From a virus, in the IMG/VR virus record IMGVR_UViG_3300031707_000008, positions 10,568-74,567 of that record: 64,000 nt of DNA; one strand, written 5' to 3'. Below, piece by piece: positions 17,047 through 28,048 of the stretch; position 1 is the first letter of the stretch; every line of letters starts with the position of its first letter. The notes beneath the pieces were generated by a model. That model was not told where the DNA came from, did not search any database, and saw only the letters and a list, made by a program, of their open reading frames with translations. The position numbers were made by a program, and so were the translations under genes.

Positions 17047-20000
17047 ATGGCATTTACCGAATCACTTGGATCACTCGTAGTTGATATTCAAGGACGAGTA
17101 ACTGGTTTGGCAAACGCCTTGAATGAAGCTGGCTCGAAGATTGAGACTTTTTCCAGTCGCGCAACTACTAATCTTGATAGAACTTCAAAACGTTTTAGAC
17201 GTGCAGCCTTTGGCATGGCTATTGAATTTACCGTCATGGCGATGGCCATGAAGAGTTTTCTTAAGATGGGTGTGGAGTGGGAAGATCAACTTGCTTTGAT
17301 TTCGACTGTGTTAACTGAGGACATGTCGAAAGGTCTTCATGAAGTTTCGACATATCTAGTTGAATATGACAAACGTATGCAAGAATTGATGGTAACTTAC
17401 GGACAGAGTGCGAAAACTGTAACGAAAGCTACATATGATCTTTTAAGTTCAGAAGTTCCCGCTGCAGAAGCGATGGATATTTTGAATGGTGCGATGCGCG
17501 CATCCGTTGCCGGGTTCACAACAGTTGATATTGCAACTATGGCACTTATCAAGACGTTAAAGGGTTACGGAATGGCTACAAGTGAAGTCAATCACGTTAA
17601 CGATGTGATGTTTGCTATGGTCAAGAAAGGTCTTGGATACTACGCAGATTTCGCTGGGGTGGTTGGTGATACGGCATCGTTGACACGCTTCGCGGGCATG
17701 CGTTTCGAAGAAGAAGCTGCTGCACTTGCGTTACTTTCGTTGGTACTGGGTAGCGCAGAGAAGGCCTCAACTGCGTATAAAGCAATTTTAATAAAATTGC
17801 TTGTTCCGGAAAAGGCTGCTGTTGATGTTGGTAAAAAATACGGTTTGAACTTGAAAGAGAATGTCCTGCGTACACATGGTTTGATTGGCGTGGTTGAGAA
17901 GTTGCGTTACGCCAACGAAAAAGATATTGCAACCATGTTCCGGCGAAGTCAGTCTATGGTTGGTATGATGACGTTGTTAACGAACCTTACGAAGTTTTAC
18001 GACATGTACGACGCGATGTTGGGTTCTGTGGGAGAAACGGAAACTGCTTTTGCAAAACAATCTCAAGCTCCTGGGTTTGCTTTGAAGCAATTAGTAGCGA
18101 CTTCACAAGTTCTTGCAATTCAGTTTGCCAGAACGTTAAATCCCACATTGAAGGATACCGCACTTGCGTTAATGACGGTAGAGCGCGGACTTCTTTGGTT
18201 GCCTAAAGAGACAATGACGTTTTGGACGAAAACGATAGGAGTTTTTGTATTATTTACTGGGGCAGTTCTTGTAGGATCCTTCGCAGTGTCAATGTTCTCG
18301 CGCGCGTTTGCAAGTTTGTTGGGCTCATTGAAACCTATAGCGAACCTCATAACAGGAAAAGGTTTAACTGGAGCACTTCTTACGGGCAGGGGTGTCGTCT
18401 TAGGGTGGGTTTTTGTCATCTTTATTGCGATTTCAGCAATTTTGACCCTCAAGGGAAAATTGCAAGAGTTAGATGACACGTTACTAACCTCTGGTGCTGG
18501 ATGGAGAGAATTTGGTCTTCAAATGATTGACACTTGGAATTGGATGCATGGTGGAATGTCACTTGGTGCAGCAGCACTCGAACGCCGAATGGAACGCATG
18601 CGGTTGGGGATGAACCGTACTGCAGAAGATACGAAGAAGGGTGCGGCCGAAGCGAAGGCACGTTTGGTAGAACTCCTTCGTGCATATGGATATTCAGAAG
18701 AACAAATTCAGCATATGTTAGAGATGGGAGAAGACCTTGGGGCTAGTGACACAAAACACATTCAAGAAGTTCAAAAATTCGTTGAGAATTTGACGATAGA
18801 ACTTGCTGGGGATTACGACAAACTCCGACTTATACGCGACCGTGATCTAAAAGAGTATGGCGATAATGCGGAAGCGGTTAAGTTAATTAATCAACGTTAC
18901 GCAAAAGACGTTGGTGAATTGATGCAAAAGGAGTTGGAGACTTTCAACGAACAAGTTGAAGGATATGAAGACGCCTTGGTGGGGTACTATCGGAAAACGC
19001 AAATGTCAACTCACGAGATGGATCTGACGTATTACGCAAAACGTTTGGATGCTTTGCGGTCAAATGGGAAGGAATACACTGCAGAATTCGTGCGTTTCCA
19101 AACAGAATTTTTGGGTGTTGTAGAGGAGTGGGATTCAAGTTGGATTGAAAATCATAAGAAAGCACTCAAACAAATTTTGCAGTTGACGGAAGAGGCATAT
19201 AGAGAATTGTTGAAAAAGGTGAAGGAAAATGAGGAGAAAAAAGCCGAGAGTGCGAAGACATCTATGTATACGGGAACACCTATGTCACCCTTTTTCGCCT
19301 TGGAACCTATGATTCCTGAGGCATACGCCGCTGAGCGCGCACTTGATGCGGTTGGTGATTCCTTACGCGACTTGGGTATTGCTGGTATTTTCGCTACGGA
19401 TGCCTTGCAACCCATCACGAGAGCTTTACGAAACTTCATGTCCTCCGGTGATTGGATGAGTGAAACTATCCTTAAGGGTGGAAAGGCACTTACCTCTGGA
19501 ATGAATATGTTTATAACTGGGTTTATTGGTGGAGTTGCCGGCGTAATGGTTGACTCCTTAATGAAAACTTTTGGTGTTGGAAATGAAGCTTGGTCGAAAG
19601 CGATAGAACGTCAAACGCAGGCCTTGGAAGCCCTGAAGCAATCATTGGATGCCGCCCGTAATGCTATTGAAAGTATGACGATGACTGAACTTACGGGTAG
19701 TGCCAAATCTTTGCAGAAGTACGTAGACGAAATGTCGGCTGCTAAAGAATCCGGACGAACGATTGTTTATGGCAAACGTTACAACAAAGAGACTGGCAAA
19801 TGGGAAGAGCCAAACGTCCTTGGAGTTCCTATCAAGATGGAGAATTTGGAGTCTTTAAAAGAGTTGTTGAAATGGCTTAATGAAGCTATCGTGGGTTATG
19901 GCTCGTTAGATGTAATGAACGTGTCCGAACAGTTGAGTGCGTTGCAACAACAATTTGACCTTTTCGACATTCACGATCCCGCAACACAACTGGCGAAGAT

Positions 20001-20544
20001 TGTAGAACACTTCAAGAAGATGTTGGGAATTGAACTCCCGCAAAACATTGACGATCTTCAACAGTATATAGAAGACTTGTATAATGCTTTGCGCGGCGGG
20101 ACACTTTTGACTGATCCACGTTGGGCAGCATGGCAAGCAATGTCTCCTGATGAGATTCTTACTTCACTTGTGGAATTGAAGAAGTTACTTGATGCGATTC
20201 GCGAACAGAATGGCACGTATAACGAAAACGCTATTGAGTCACAAGGTTTCACGATTTCGCGAATGATCACAGAAGCACAAGGAAATGCTGTTATTGATTG
20301 GTTGTCTACGATTGCCTTCCACACACGTGGAGTCTTTGACATTCTCCGAGGCAATTACGAAGGTGTTCCAGGTTGGGCAGCTGGGGGTTCAAGGGGGGTA
20401 AATGTAACCATTGGAGACATCATCGTTGCTGTTAATGTAGACAGCGTAGCTACCAAGGAGGCAGCCACGGATGCCGCAACGACAATAGGTCAATCGATCA
20501 AGGATCAACTTCGTAGTTCGGGGGTTTCAATATATGCAAGCTAA
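17047..20544 (+). CDS. Tape measure protein (TP901-like)
   Basis: 1165 aa; LGSLVVDI N-terminus, Ala/Gly helical core, hydrophobic segments. Confidence 0.92.
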   Translation: MAFTESLGSLVVDIQGRVTGLANALNEAGSKIETFSSRATTNLDRTSKRFRRAAFGMAIEFTVMAMAMKSFLKMGVEWEDQLALISTVLTEDMSKGLHEVSTYLVEYDKRMQELMVTYGQSAKTVTKATYDLLSSEVPAAEAMDILNGAMRASVAGFTTVDIATMALIKTLKGYGMATSEVNHVNDVMFAMVKKGLGYYADFAGVVGDTASLTRFAGMRFEEEAAALALLSLVLGSAEKASTAYKAILIKLLVPEKAAVDVGKKYGLNLKENVLRTHGLIGVVEKLRYANEKDIATMFRRSQSMVGMMTLLTNLTKFYDMYDAMLGSVGETETAFAKQSQAPGFALKQLVATSQVLAIQFARTLNPTLKDTALALMTVERGLLWLPKETMTFWTKTIGVFVLFTGAVLVGSFAVSMFSRAFASLLGSLKPIANLITGKGLTGALLTGRGVVLGWVFVIFIAISAILTLKGKLQELDDTLLTSGAGWREFGLQMIDTWNWMHGGMSLGAAALERRMERMRLGMNRTAEDTKKGAAEAKARLVELLRAYGYSEEQIQHMLEMGEDLGASDTKHIQEVQKFVENLTIELAGDYDKLRLIRDRDLKEYGDNAEAVKLINQRYAKDVGELMQKELETFNEQVEGYEDALVGYYRKTQMSTHEMDLTYYAKRLDALRSNGKEYTAEFVRFQTEFLGVVEEWDSSWIENHKKALKQILQLTEEAYRELLKKVKENEEKKAESAKTSMYTGTPMSPFFALEPMIPEAYAAERALDAVGDSLRDLGIAGIFATDALQPITRALRNFMSSGDWMSETILKGGKALTSGMNMFITGFIGGVAGVMVDSLMKTFGVGNEAWSKAIERQTQALEALKQSLDAARNAIESMTMTELTGSAKSLQKYVDEMSAAKESGRTIVYGKRYNKETGKWEEPNVLGVPIKMENLESLKELLKWLNEAIVGYGSLDVMNVSEQLSALQQQFDLFDIHDPATQLAKIVEHFKKMLGIELPQNIDDLQQYIEDLYNALRGGTLLTDPRWAAWQAMSPDEILTSLVELKKLLDAIREQNGTYNENAIESQGFTISRMITEAQGNAVIDWLSTIAFHTRGVFDILRGNYEGVPGWAAGGSRGVNVTIGDIIVAVNVDSVATKEAATDAATTIGQSIKDQLRSSGVSIYAS

Positions 20545-22765
20545 TATCATTTACAAAGGAATCGATCTCGAAGTCGATTTGGGTATGGAAATTTTAACTG
20601 AACCTCCTGATGGAAGAGGTTATCCCCTCGCGAAAACTTTTACGTCAGAAGTCGCAACTGTGGCCGGACAACTTCTGCATAAGATTCAACATGGAATACG
20701 TTTAATTGAAATCCGCGGAATGATTGTGGGAACTTCGAATTCTGACTTGATGGTGAAGTTGGATTCTATTAAACAAACGTTGGATAATGTTACGTCTAAC
20801 ACTCCTGGGAAGTTGACAATAACTTCGGGGCGTTACTACAAAGCTTTATTTACAGAGTTGATATTTGGTGAAATGGGGCCCTGGCGTGAAACTTTTCACG
20901 CGGAATTCACGTTACGTTTCACGTGTACAGATCCGTTTGAGTATGCCGATCCAACTGTAGTATGTAAAGCTACTGCAGCGAATGAAGTAATTCGTCTTGA
21001 TGGGGGGAACGTTGATACTCGCCCCGATATTCTTGTTCAAGGAAAGACAACCTCGGGTGTGAAAGTGATTTCTAGTCGTCAACAGTGTGTTGGGAACTTT
21101 GACAAAAATGTTGAACTCTTACTTAATTCCGGCGGACATGCTGACGGTATATTGTTTTGTCCTTTCAACTATTTAACCGATGGTGATATGGAATTGGATG
21201 GTGTCACCAATTGGTCTGCAGGCGTAAATGCGACTGTCGTTAAGTCTAGTGATTACGTACGCCATGGCAGTCAGTCATTAAAGGTTACGACAACTGCCGC
21301 CAATGGTTATGCCGCGCAAGCATTTAATGGTGGGAGTATGTGGTACGGGTCGTGGGAAGTTTGGATTTTTGATCCACTTGCGGCGGGTTTAGCCGTAGAA
21401 GTAATTATTTACGATACTGGTGGAGCAGGAACCGAACTAGATAAGATTTCGTTTAGTACGAATGGTAAGTGGCAGTGCGCTTCCGGAACTTTTACTTATC
21501 TCACAAATGCGTATCAAGTGCGCATCAAAATTGGTCCAACTGCTTCGACTGTGTACGTGAGTGAAGCGTGGGTAACTGATAATGTGGTGGTAAATCCTGG
21601 ATTTGAACATGCAACACCTTTGTATGGTTGGACGCAGGGTGGAGGAGCTGGAACGTGTGGAGTATCTGCTGGGAGTAAACACTCTGGAAGTCAAGGTGCG
21701 TATATTTATCCGACAACACCTACTGATCGCTATTTGTATCAAACTATAACGGGATTGACCAATGGGCAATACTACTTGTTGCGTTTGTTTGCTTCTGCTC
21801 CTGTCATTGGGAGTGGGGGTTCGGTTTCTTCTTACTACGTGAATACCGAACCACCTAGAGCATTATATACGGCAACGTCTGGGATGACGCTAACCGAACA
21901 CGTTATAAAAATGAGTGGAACGTCTATAACAATTTATTTGCGCGCTGGCACGAATACTACAATTGGATTATTTGATGACGTATCATTGATTCCGTTGTAT
22001 CTTACGGATTTGCCACGTTATAGACAATCGCGTCATCACTCAGGCGTTGTAGTACGTTCGGGGGAGGTATTAGCATTTTCTCCGTTGAATGATCAAGTAG
22101 AGTTTTCATTGCACGTTCGTGCAAAATTGTTGTGGAGTGCCGTAGGACCTTGGTATGAGACGTTACATCGTGAAGTTATAACTTTATGTAGATTATTCGT
22201 AGGTAACTTGCGTGATTGCGCAATTGAGTTCGATTGTAAAACTTCTAAATGGCGTGCACACTTGTTCTCTAATGTTGGCGAAACTCAACTTGCGGGTACG
22301 CCTGCTAGTTCGCATACTGAGAATGATGTAGTGGACATTGTTGTTGTTGTCAACAGCATTGGTTTGTACTTGTACGTTAATGGTGTGTTGTTGGGGACGG
22401 GGACGACACGCGCTATCGAAAATCCCTTAACATTCTTGGCATTCAATGGTGATATTGTGGTGGAAGCTTGCCAAGTATTTTTTGTTGCACTAACTTCAAG
22501 AGAAGTTAAAATACTTTGCAAAGAAGAGACCTTTTCGTATAAGGGAACACTTTTGAACACTACAGCGAATTTGGCGGAAAATGATACGTTGCAATTAAAG
22601 TGTGATCAAACTGCATGGTTTTACGATCAAAGTGCCGAAACGTTAACGAATATTGATGGATCTTTCACGGGTGATTTTCCTATAGTGTATGCCTCGCGTG
22701 GGGCTTTGGTATTCGTGCGAGATTTGAGATATGTTGAGATTGCATACCAGAAGCGGTGGTTATAA
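20534..22765 (+). CDS. Distal tail (Dit-like) protein with inserted carbohydrate-binding modules
   Basis: RLIEIRG...FTLRFTCTDPFEY Dit motif; two NxxFE/ME...W CBM-like repeats; LamG-like LYVNG. Confidence 0.75.
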   Translation: MQANIIYKGIDLEVDLGMEILTEPPDGRGYPLAKTFTSEVATVAGQLLHKIQHGIRLIEIRGMIVGTSNSDLMVKLDSIKQTLDNVTSNTPGKLTITSGRYYKALFTELIFGEMGPWRETFHAEFTLRFTCTDPFEYADPTVVCKATAANEVIRLDGGNVDTRPDILVQGKTTSGVKVISSRQQCVGNFDKNVELLLNSGGHADGILFCPFNYLTDGDMELDGVTNWSAGVNATVVKSSDYVRHGSQSLKVTTTAANGYAAQAFNGGSMWYGSWEVWIFDPLAAGLAVEVIIYDTGGAGTELDKISFSTNGKWQCASGTFTYLTNAYQVRIKIGPTASTVYVSEAWVTDNVVVNPGFEHATPLYGWTQGGGAGTCGVSAGSKHSGSQGAYIYPTTPTDRYLYQTITGLTNGQYYLLRLFASAPVIGSGGSVSSYYVNTEPPRALYTATSGMTLTEHVIKMSGTSITIYLRAGTNTTIGLFDDVSLIPLYLTDLPRYRQSRHHSGVVVRSGEVLAFSPLNDQVEFSLHVRAKLLWSAVGPWYETLHREVITLCRLFVGNLRDCAIEFDCKTSKWRAHLFSNVGETQLAGTPASSHTENDVVDIVVVVNSIGLYLYVNGVLLGTGTTRAIENPLTFLAFNGDIVVEACQVFFVALTSREVKILCKEETFSYKGTLLNTTANLAENDTLQLKCDQTAWFYDQSAETLTNIDGSFTGDFPIVYASRGALVFVRDLRYVEIAYQKRWL

Positions 22766-22812
22766 ATACACCCATCTTAAACTGTTACGTGTATTTAAAG
22801 AAGGATGAAATA

Positions 22813-24261
22813 ATGTCTATCAGAAAATGGTATGTGGGTGACCCACCTATAAATGATGACGATTGGAATGCTGCTACTGACGAAATTAATGGTATGGATA
22901 CTGCTTTCGAAGCGAAGAACGCGAACATTCAAGCACACATTGGGTCACCGCATGCACCTTCCAATGCACAGAAGAACTCGGATATCGCGAAGGTAGAGAT
23001 TGAGGCGAAACTAACTGGTGACATATCCTCACACGGACATCCAACATACATTACTCAAGCCGATGCCGTAATTCCAAATGCGGCTATCACAGCGGCAACT
23101 AAAACCAAAATAACCTATGATGCCAAAGGTTTGGTGACTACCGGCGCGAATGCTACTACGGTTGATATCGCCGATTCAGCCGATAAACGGTATTGCACGG
23201 ATGCTCAAAAGACAATTATCGGAAATACTTCAGGGGCAAACACCGGAGACCAAACAGCCATTCCAAACTCCAATCTAGCGACGATGCCCACGAAAACCTA
23301 TAAGGGTAGGACTGCAGGGACAACAGGGGCACCGGAGGATGTGGTTGTGGCAACCTTGAAAACGGATTTGGTTTTGGTGAAGGGAGATGTGGGGCTGGGT
23401 AATGTAGATAATACAACTGATGTTGGTAAACCCGTTTCTTCCGCAACTCAAACGGCTCTTGATGGCAAGGCGGCAACTGCTCATGACCAAGCTGCCACCA
23501 CGATAACTACGGGAACATTGGATGGCGATAGATTACCTGCGATATCTACTACCAAAAAAGGTGGAGTGCCATTAACAGGAACGCCAACTGGAAAATACTT
23601 GAAAGATGATGGTACTTGGGCGACTGTTGCAGGTGGAAGTAATACCCTTTTAGACGGTTCATTTCATACCGATACAATCGTGGGGACTGTGGCTCGTGGG
23701 GATGTTATTACTGGTCAAGGAGCGACACCTAAATGGACGCGACTTGCTAAAGGAATAGCAGACCAAGTTTTAGCAATGGATGCGACAGCTACTGATGTGA
23801 TATGGAAAACTCCTGCTGGAGGTGGCGAAAGTGAAAATATAGTTGTGGCTACGTCAGACACGCAGAATGCTACGGTGAATTTAGTTAATGCTGAAGGGTT
23901 AACTTTTTCTGCTCTTGCTAATAGCACTTATATTATTGAAGTTTTTTTGCTTTGGGATTCATCTGCGACATCGGTCGGTATCAAAGTGAGTGCCACAGCA
24001 AGCGGAACCCCAACAATCACAGCAGGACGTTTTGCTAGTGATTCCGCCAATGGAACACCCGATAGTTCATCTTATAATGCTAATGACGTTACAGTTACTA
24101 CTAGTGCTTCACCTTTTACTACATATTCTCTTGGTATGTTGTATGCAGTTTTAAAAACTGCAGCTAGCGCCAGCACGTGGCAATTAAGATTTGCGGCAGA
24201 AACGACGGGGACAATAACCATTAAGATAGGTTCAATCTTGAGGTACAGGAAAGTAGCTTAA
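22813..24261 (+). CDS. Tail fibre / receptor-binding protein
   Basis: HAPSNAQKNSDI, TKITYDAKGLVT, KGDVGLGNVDNTTD..KPVS, YLKDDGTW fibre motifs. Confidence 0.78.
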   Translation: MSIRKWYVGDPPINDDDWNAATDEINGMDTAFEAKNANIQAHIGSPHAPSNAQKNSDIAKVEIEAKLTGDISSHGHPTYITQADAVIPNAAITAATKTKITYDAKGLVTTGANATTVDIADSADKRYCTDAQKTIIGNTSGANTGDQTAIPNSNLATMPTKTYKGRTAGTTGAPEDVVVATLKTDLVLVKGDVGLGNVDNTTDVGKPVSSATQTALDGKAATAHDQAATTITTGTLDGDRLPAISTTKKGGVPLTGTPTGKYLKDDGTWATVAGGSNTLLDGSFHTDTIVGTVARGDVITGQGATPKWTRLAKGIADQVLAMDATATDVIWKTPAGGGESENIVVATSDTQNATVNLVNAEGLTFSALANSTYIIEVFLLWDSSATSVGIKVSATASGTPTITAGRFASDSANGTPDSSSYNANDVTVTTSASPFTTYSLGMLYAVLKTAASASTWQLRFAAETTGTITIKIGSILRYRKVA

Positions 24262-24328
24262 GAGGACAAAAATGAATGGGGTAAGGAGCACGCAGGTTTA
24301 GAAATACGTGAAAGAAAGATAACATGAT

Positions 24329-26329
24329 ATGTTTATATTATTTGATCCAATTGTTTTTGACGTGGAAGTTTTTACTCTTGCATTTGGTGGAGGTGACTTA
24401 CCCGAAATGATAGATGGTGTAATAGAAATTTATTCACCGAGTCTTGTTAAATTAACGCAGTTCGAAGAGAACGAGTTAGTCTCTTGCGTTAGAACCACTG
24501 CATTGGATCAGGAACAGAGTCTTGTCTTTGGTGTACCTCAAGAAAGTATTACTAAGGCGGATTCGTTGATTTGTCGAAACGTTGTGGGGATAACAACAGC
24601 AACTTACACAGATCTTTATCGTATAGTACGGGTTGATTCCCCAACTTCTTCTTCGGGTGAGGGTATTTTTAAAGTCACGTGTGATCCTCTTCTTAATGAT
24701 TTGTCTTCACAAATTGCTACTTTTGAAAGCAAGAAGTGGTTTACGTTGAAGCAGACTTCCCCGGATGCAATTTTGTATCAACTATTGCTTAATACGGGTT
24801 TTTATTATGGCAGTTGTCCATTGACACCTGTTGTGGATATCGAAATGCACTACCGTTCTGTGGTAGACACACTCCGTGAGATTGCCGAGAAGTGTGAAAA
24901 AGACTTGTATACAACGGTTGTTGGTATGAGTGTATTCGTTCATATAGGTACACGAGGAGAGACACGTTTAATTACTCTGCGTGAAGAACGTGACGGGCTT
25001 GAGGTTAACAAACTTATTCAATCGGATGAATTCGCGAATAAGTTGTTTGTTTATGGTTCTGCACTAAATGATGCTATGCCTAGTTCTATTCAACACGCTT
25101 ACATTCCAGTAATAAACAAGTTGGGCACCTTAATATACTTGCCAATTAATACTTTTGCTTTCGAAGATGACATGATTGGGATGAAGGGTTGTGTCGTAAA
25201 ACGCTTACCCGCTTATATGATACATGGTGTCCCCGGGGACATTTTTACAATTACGGATACTACCCGGAGTGCCACAGCAGATGTTATGATAATTAACGAC
25301 AGCACTAAGTTGTGGCCTGGGGATCAATTCGTCTTTCTTGATAGTGTACTTCAGTTTTTGGATTACGTAGAGAGTTCTGTTTCTCAAGCGGTTTATGGTG
25401 TGGCAGAAGGCACGTATGAAGATGGAAATGTCGCAATTGGATACAATTTCATTCAAACTCCCGCCTTGGATGGAATTTATACGGGTGGACTTTGCGAAAA
25501 TTGGCTAGACTCTTCAGGGGTGGGTCCTTCGCATCCACATACCTTTAGTGAATGTTCGGACTATACATTTATTCGTGCTGGAACGCGTTCGCAAAAAATT
25601 GAAACTTGTGCCTCTGGCGACGGGGTTTGGCAAGTACGATATTATACTTCGAACATGACGAGTTACTACGACACATTTGACGTGGGTGATTACGCGTCAT
25701 GTTTTGTTGATTTGTATGTTGCGGCAGGAACAATTGAAGTTATGCCGTATGGTGTTGACGCCTTGGGGGTTAACGCAATAACGTTAGGAACTGGTTGGAG
25801 ACGAATCTCGATTGAAGGTATGCGTGTGAATTCGCCATGGTGGATTGGTTTACGTCTAGCGCAATTTGGTGCTGCAGCTTGTTGCTTTTATCTTGATTTC
25901 GCTCAATTTGAAAAGGGGGCTTATTGTACGCAAGAACCTCTTATGGGGATGGAAGCGGTTAATTTAAGAAGTGTTGCTATACAAAAATTGCGTGAAATGG
26001 CTGAACCCAAAGTAATTTATGATGTGAGTGGAAAGGGTGAGGCATACGGAATATTGTCTGCCGGAGACGTAATTCGAGTAGAGGTTGATGATGCAATTGT
26101 AAGTACGCGTATTCAACAAGTTTCACAAGACTTGTTAATGGCACAAGAGACGTCATTCTCGGCTACCAATACTGATAAACGCATTCAAGAGATTATTACA
26201 CGTTTGTATGTTGAAGTACAAGATTTGAAGGTGCGGAATAGTGTGGGTGAAGAGAAGTTGCGTTCGCATACCGTGGGAAAGGTTGTTCGTGTAACTGAGT
26301 CGGATTTTTCTAGTATTAAACAATTGTAG
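24329..26329 (+). CDS. Baseplate hub / Tal-like tail protein
   Basis: YRIVRV, DTLREIAEK, NKLFVYG, YGVAEG, GDVIRV; CBM-like insert. Confidence 0.72.
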   Translation: MFILFDPIVFDVEVFTLAFGGGDLPEMIDGVIEIYSPSLVKLTQFEENELVSCVRTTALDQEQSLVFGVPQESITKADSLICRNVVGITTATYTDLYRIVRVDSPTSSSGEGIFKVTCDPLLNDLSSQIATFESKKWFTLKQTSPDAILYQLLLNTGFYYGSCPLTPVVDIEMHYRSVVDTLREIAEKCEKDLYTTVVGMSVFVHIGTRGETRLITLREERDGLEVNKLIQSDEFANKLFVYGSALNDAMPSSIQHAYIPVINKLGTLIYLPINTFAFEDDMIGMKGCVVKRLPAYMIHGVPGDIFTITDTTRSATADVMIINDSTKLWPGDQFVFLDSVLQFLDYVESSVSQAVYGVAEGTYEDGNVAIGYNFIQTPALDGIYTGGLCENWLDSSGVGPSHPHTFSECSDYTFIRAGTRSQKIETCASGDGVWQVRYYTSNMTSYYDTFDVGDYASCFVDLYVAAGTIEVMPYGVDALGVNAITLGTGWRRISIEGMRVNSPWWIGLRLAQFGAAACCFYLDFAQFEKGAYCTQEPLMGMEAVNLRSVAIQKLREMAEPKVIYDVSGKGEAYGILSAGDVIRVEVDDAIVSTRIQQVSQDLLMAQETSFSATNTDKRIQEIITRLYVEVQDLKVRNSVGEEKLRSHTVGKVVRVTESDFSSIKQL

Positions 26330-26358
26330 GTGTTCGAAGTAGAAAGGTTTGTGACGAA

Positions 26359-26700
26359 ATGGAAATAAAACCTGTCACTTTAAAAAATGGTGGCGTGTTT
26401 ACTTTTTTGCAAGTGACGTTACTTTTACTTGCGATTGGGAGTATACTCTTCAATATTGGATTTAGTTACGCAAGGCAAGTTACACGAAGTGACTTAGATA
26501 TTTTGAAGGAACGCGTGTACGCAAATGAATCCAAAAGTGTTGAAGTAATAACGCGTTTGGGCACGCAAGAACAATGTGTACTTGAGATCAAGAAGTCTAT
26601 AGATGTGATTTTGCAACGTCAACTTGAAAACATGCGCGCCCTTGAGGAATTGAAAGGAATGCAACGTAAAAACTACTTACAAGAAACGAAGGGAGGTTGA
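26359..26700 (+). CDS. Membrane-anchored coiled-coil protein (lysis region)
   Basis: One N-terminal TM then coiled coil. Confidence 0.5.
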   Translation: MEIKPVTLKNGGVFTFLQVTLLLLAIGSILFNIGFSYARQVTRSDLDILKERVYANESKSVEVITRLGTQEQCVLEIKKSIDVILQRQLENMRALEELKGMQRKNYLQETKGG

Positions 26701-26705
26701 ATACT

Positions 26706-26933
26706 ATGTGGAAGGGTTTTGACTTTTTTGGCGGTAGAAAGTCGTTTTTTGCTTTAGTCATTATCGTTCTCACGTACATAATGGTGTGGACGAAGACTCC
26801 GTTGACAGAGCAACATGTCGAGATTCTTAAGACCGTCATACAATGGTTCTTCATTGGTAATGCGGGAATAGGAATTGCTTCCGGTATTGCGACTGCAATG
26901 GGGAAGAATGGGCAGGTGGCGAATGGTAAGTAA
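26706..26933 (+). CDS. Putative holin
   Basis: 75 aa, two TM segments, GGRKS motif. Confidence 0.6.
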   Translation: MWKGFDFFGGRKSFFALVIIVLTYIMVWTKTPLTEQHVEILKTVIQWFFIGNAGIGIASGIATAMGKNGQVANGK

Positions 26934-27195
26934 ATTCAAGTTTATTTTTTGGTCGGTAGTTCTCGTTGGACTCTTGGTGTTGGTTTTCTTCTTGCGAAGT
27001 AAGTTTCGTCAAACTGAATCGCGTGCAACAGTAGAGGATTTGTTGAACAGAATTGAATCACACCGTCAACGCGAGAGTAAAATCGATGAAGTTGCGGCGG
27101 GAAAAAAGGAAACCGCCGAGAAGGAACGCAATGATGCGAAGAAATCTTCTATTGCTAATCGCATTCATGATTTGTTGGACTCTAACAAGTCGTGA
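26923..27195 (+). CDS. Putative i-spanin-like protein
   Basis: N-terminal TM + charged coiled coil; overlaps next gene. Confidence 0.45.
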   Translation: MVSKFKFIFWSVVLVGLLVLVFFLRSKFRQTESRATVEDLLNRIESHRQRESKIDEVAAGKKETAEKERNDAKKSSIANRIHDLLDSNKS

Positions 27196-27526
27196 GGTAA
27201 CGCCTGCGGCACGTGGTGAAATTCGAACATTGTCCCCCGGGGAAACTTTGTGTGTTAACACATCGGGGACGTTTCTTGATTCGTTAACACTCGATTCCTT
27301 ATTGACAACCGCAGAAGAATTTCGTTACAAATTTCGTGTTTGCTCAATAGATCTTGAGCGACAACGTGAATTGTGTGACGAAAGTATTGCCTTCCGGGAT
27401 ACTTTGTGGCAAATGCGTTTAGATGCTGTGGTTGAGCAACACCCTTGGTTTTCGAATGCGTATTTCGTTTACATGTGGGGAGTTGTGTCTACAATCGGAA
27501 TCTTTTTTGTTGCTTCACGTTTTTGA
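27131..27526 (+). CDS. Putative spanin-like protein
   Basis: N-terminal signal with Cys, coiled coil, C-terminal TM. Confidence 0.4.
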   Translation: MMRRNLLLLIAFMICWTLTSREVTPAARGEIRTLSPGETLCVNTSGTFLDSLTLDSLLTTAEEFRYKFRVCSIDLERQRELCDESIAFRDTLWQMRLDAVVEQHPWFSNAYFVYMWGVVSTIGIFFVASRF

Positions 27527-27547
27527 TGTGTGAAGACACGGGACCAT

Positions 27548-27559
27548 TCCGTATAATTT
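27548..27559 (+). promoter_or_regulatory. Candidate -10-like promoter element TCCGTATAATTT upstream of queD
   Basis: Identical 12-mer at 58410-58421 upstream of terS. Confidence 0.45.
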
Positions 27560-27598
27560 TTTGAAGGATTGAAGTTCTTTTCTTTATGGAGGTGATTC

Positions 27599-28048
27599 GT
27601 GCCTACTTTTGAATATGTTGTTGAAGGTTCTTTCGATGCGGCACATTCTTTACCAAATTATGATGGTCCTTGTAAGTTCTTGCATGGTCATACATGGAAG
27701 GTGAGGATTCTTGTATCAGTTTTCGTGATGGAGCAGTTATTTCGAGAATTAGAAGGATTGTTGATTGATTTCAAGTTGATAAAGAGTTGTTTCCGCAAAT
27801 ATGACCATACACATCTTAATGCTTCCTTCCCGTTTCCCTTTCGCCCAACTGCAGAAACACTTGCGTGTACAATTTGGAGTGATTGTTATAACGCGATTAC
27901 GCGTGTTGATCCGACACTAACAATTCAACGTTTGTGTGTTGAATTGTGGGAGTCTGTTGATTCTTGCGTAACTATTCGTGCGGGTGCAGAATGTGCTTGT
28001 TGTGTTGATACGATGAAGCGCTATGTGGAAGGTTGTATAACTCCATGA
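27599..28048 (+). CDS. queD: 6-carboxy-tetrahydropterin synthase
   Basis: FDAAH, C..LHGHTW, DHTHLN, PTAE, VELWES. Confidence 0.93.
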   Translation: MPTFEYVVEGSFDAAHSLPNYDGPCKFLHGHTWKVRILVSVFVMEQLFRELEGLLIDFKLIKSCFRKYDHTHLNASFPFPFRPTAETLACTIWSDCYNAITRVDPTLTIQRLCVELWESVDSCVTIRAGAECACCVDTMKRYVEGCITP

